From Citrobacter pasteurii (GTDB taxonomy: Bacteria > Pseudomonadota > Gammaproteobacteria > Enterobacterales > Enterobacteriaceae), in NCBI RefSeq assembly GCF_000826205.1, contig NZ_CDHL01000025.1: a stretch of DNA of 24,000 nt. One strand, 5' to 3'. The translations under genes were made by a program, and so were the position numbers. Of this stretch, positions 22,097 to 24,000 are shown one piece after another. How positions within the stretch are numbered: the stretch's first letter is position 1; every line of letters begins with the position of its first letter. The notes beneath the pieces were generated by a model that worked only from the letters and a program-made list of their open reading frames with translations, had not been told where the DNA came from and searched no databases.

Positions 22097-22235
22097 TATT
22101 ATCGTTGATCTTTGAACGATCTGTGATCTAAAACAATCTTAGTACCTTCGTCTTGACTGTACGTTAGTTCCTGAGTAGCCTGTTATTGTTGGAGCTGATA
22201 TCCAACCGGGCGTGGAAACCCGATTTTACGTGTAC

Positions 22236-22261
22236 AAAAACACGCATTTGCGTGTTTTTTA
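22236..22261. terminator. bidirectional terminator/insulator
   Basis: AAAAACACGC-attt-GCGTGTTTTTT. Confidence 0.75.
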
Positions 22262-22421
22262 TTGCCTGTCGCCGTTTGTATATCAATGGTGGCTCAGGTA
22301 GGGCAACCGTCTAGGTTGGCCGGGTACACGTAACCGGTATTTCCACCCCTGCCTGGGCTACCACCAGAAGCGTGGAAACTTCGAGGTAGCTTTCGAAACT
22401 ATCTACGTGGAGGCTGAAACG

Positions 22422-22610
22422 ATGGCCGCAACTGCTCTCTTCCTAAGATTTTTCTCGTGCATTCCTGCAATTTATTTAAACCAATCCCCTGAAACTGTCT
22501 TCCAAGCAATTGAACCTGCCCCCCTCCTTAAAGAAGCTGGGATTTTTCCTTGCTTGAAAAGATTAAAGAAAGTACTGACTGTACCGTCAACTCCTATTCC
22601 ATTATGCTAA
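22422..22610 (+). CDS. hypothetical small protein (62 aa)
   Basis: GGAGG lies 8 nt upstream of the ATG. The ORF ends 13 nt before the LuxR-type gene. No motif recognised. Confidence 0.35.
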   Translation: MAATALFLRFFSCIPAIYLNQSPETVFQAIEPAPLLKEAGIFPCLKRLKKVLTVPSTPIPLC

Positions 22611-22623
22611 TTAGGAGCACAGT

Positions 22624-22884
22624 ATGTTACGAAATATTTTTCAAGATCAAGCACTTGAAATCGTACACAAGCACTTTCAATCGCTTTCAAGAAGACAACT
22701 GGAGATATGCCTCCTTCATACATTTGGCGTAGCAAAAAGTATGATTGCCAGCAATTATAATATTACTGTTGAGGCGGTTAAGCAGAATATAAAAAGAAGC
22801 GTGCAAAAACTGGAACTGGATAATAGTGATGCGCTGAGAATAGCCATACTCTCAACGATATTTGTAATAATGCTCAAAAAATAA
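22624..22884 (+). CDS. small LuxR/GerE-type helix-turn-helix regulator (86 aa)
   Basis: AGGAG RBS. LSRRQLEICLLHTFGVAKSMIASNYNITVEAVKQNIKRSVQKLELDNSDAL fits the GerE HTH pattern. Confidence 0.7.
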   Translation: MLRNIFQDQALEIVHKHFQSLSRRQLEICLLHTFGVAKSMIASNYNITVEAVKQNIKRSVQKLELDNSDALRIAILSTIFVIMLKK

Positions 22885-22892
22885 CAACTTCA

Positions 22893-22918
22893 ATGTACCC
22901 TAACGGGTACATTTTTTA
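22893..22918 (+). terminator. rho-independent terminator
   Basis: ATGTACCC-taac-GGGTACAT followed by TTTTT. Confidence 0.8.
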
Positions 22919-23172
22919 AGATTCATCTCATTTCACTTTACAAAAAATAGAAAAATTAAGATCATTAGTTCGAGTTTTATAAGTTGATCCGGCCTAGTAT
23001 AACTTTAAAACTCATTACAATAGCATCCTGAGCCATGAAGGCCTCACAATGACAGCAGGCAAACTTAAGTGTTTGTTAGTAAGACTGTTAAGTCGTCATG
23101 GTTGAGTGTGTTAGACCCCGTTGAACATTGAATTATTCCGTCATGGATCAATTCTGCGCGAAGCGTTCAAAA

Positions 23173-23682
23173 ATGAATATTGAGACTGTATGTAACCAAC
23201 AATGGTATCTTGCTCTCTATATTACGGGGGGCAAAAATCGCGAGAACCTATTCGACTGGCTACACGACAGGCGAATTACTCCCTGGACACCATTATCCTT
23301 AACGCAAATAAGACGAGCCGACGCTCCGCATGTTTTCAGAAAAAGGACCTCTGCCGTTTTTCCCGGATATTTTTTCCTTAAGGCCAATTTCGAATTCCAG
23401 AAGATAGATACTATTAGGGCACACTCTGCGTTCTGCAATTTTGTGAAATTTGGCAGCCAAATTTCCCCCGTAAATACAAGGGTGGTTGAAGCATTAATGA
23501 AAAAATACCCCGACCCCACGCATAACCCTGCAGCAAGGGCTGAACTTGAAGCTGCATCAGATATCTGGCTAACAAAAAGTCAGTACAAACATCTGACTAA
23601 AATTGATAGCGTCGAACACCCCGTATCCCGGACTGCAATGCTGTTTGATATGATCACCCATGCTGATGCCTGGGGTTTTTGA
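23173..23682 (+). CDS. RfaH/NusG-like (NGN domain) transcription antitermination factor paralogue
   Basis: QQWYLALYITGGKNRENLFDWL...AVFPGYFFLKANFE...AFCNFVKFGSQISPV parallels the RfaH N-terminal domain (WYLLYCK...LFPNYLFV...HFVRFG). The start was chosen at MNIETV, and earlier in-frame starts exist at 23128 and 23143. Confidence 0.8.
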   Translation: MNIETVCNQQWYLALYITGGKNRENLFDWLHDRRITPWTPLSLTQIRRADAPHVFRKRTSAVFPGYFFLKANFEFQKIDTIRAHSAFCNFVKFGSQISPVNTRVVEALMKKYPDPTHNPAARAELEAASDIWLTKSQYKHLTKIDSVEHPVSRTAMLFDMITHADAWGF

Positions 23683-23745
23683 AATGTACTTTACCGTAGC
23701 CTCTTAAACTGGCCTAACCAGTTATCACTCCATCCCTTTGACTTT

Positions 23746-23770
23746 CCCCCGTTTACGGGGGCTTTTTTTA
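23746..23770 (+). terminator. rho-independent terminator
   Basis: CCCCCG-ttta-CGGGGG, then C and TTTTTTT. Confidence 0.8.
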
Positions 23771-23776
23771 CACCGT

Positions 23777-23896
23777 TTTCCGGCAATGACGTCTGGGCTG
23801 GTCCTGCCCGATGAACACCCCCTGTTCCTTTAACCGGCCTACACTCAGGCTTCCTTCATTCTGGCGGAATGAAGGAACAGACGTCATTGCCAGAAA
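23777..23896. repeat. nested long inverted repeat
   Basis: The outer arms are TTTCCGGCAATGACGTCT (23777-23794) and AGACGTCATTGCCAGAAA (23879-23896), matching at 17/18. The inner perfect 11-bp hairpin is TTCCTTCATTC-tggcg-GAATGAAGGAA (23851-23877). Confidence 0.7.
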
Positions 23897-23919
23897 CAGG
23901 AACCCAAGAGAGACAAACC

Positions 23920-24000
23920 ATGCAATCCACCCAGGAACAGGTCAGCCACCTCTTGTGGTGCATTCTCGTTGCCTTACGTACGGCAGTCGAAAACCATCAC
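23920..24000 (+). CDS. 5' end of an ORF running off the window (MQSTQEQVSHLLWCILVALRTAVENHH...)
   Basis: ATG at 23920 with AAGAGAG about 7 nt upstream. The frame stays open to the window end. Only 27 codons are visible. Confidence 0.3.
   Translation, partial: MQSTQEQVSHLLWCILVALRTAVENHH

Overview
This window is a mosaic segment of an enterobacterial IncFII-type plasmid. I saw no housekeeping genes, tRNA/rRNA, CRISPR array or transposase. All family calls come from motif recognition by eye, because no database search or folding program was available.

Right third: a complete FII-like basic replicon lies on the minus strand. It comprises:
- a Phd/YefM-fold small protein in the CopB position
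- a predicted repA promoter
- a CopA-like antisense RNA on the plus strand
- a short leader ORF whose TAG overlaps the GTG start of repA
- RepA at 20651-21517
- oriV, with phased GTGGWTTG motifs, a consensus DnaA box, an AT-rich tract and a GC-hairpin cluster

A small LuxR-type HTH protein and an RfaH/NusG-like factor follow the replicon.

Middle: a GC-rich backbone block carries a kfrA-like gene, an unknown ORF, a DEDDh exonuclease and a secreted thermonuclease. Next to it is an AT-rich island (about one third GC) with a phosphoethanolamine-transferase-like gene and an acyltransferase-3 gene.

Left half: a dense accessory, defence-like island. It contains:
- an HNH protein
- a small membrane protein
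- a toxin-less DinJ-like RHH fusion
- a tyrosine recombinase
- an unknown two-gene pair
- an RHH protein + KAP P-loop NTPase operon
- parDE
- a second RHH fusion
- an Abi_2 (AbiD/F-type HEPN) gene
- a membrane-anchored unknown

Most interesting observations:
1. The RHH + KAP NTPase operon at 5479-8828.
2. A 43-nt direct-repeat family bracketing single-gene cassettes beside the recombinase.
3. The orphan antitoxin-fold protein in place of CopB.
4. Several RHH-fusion proteins, each with its own palindromic operator.
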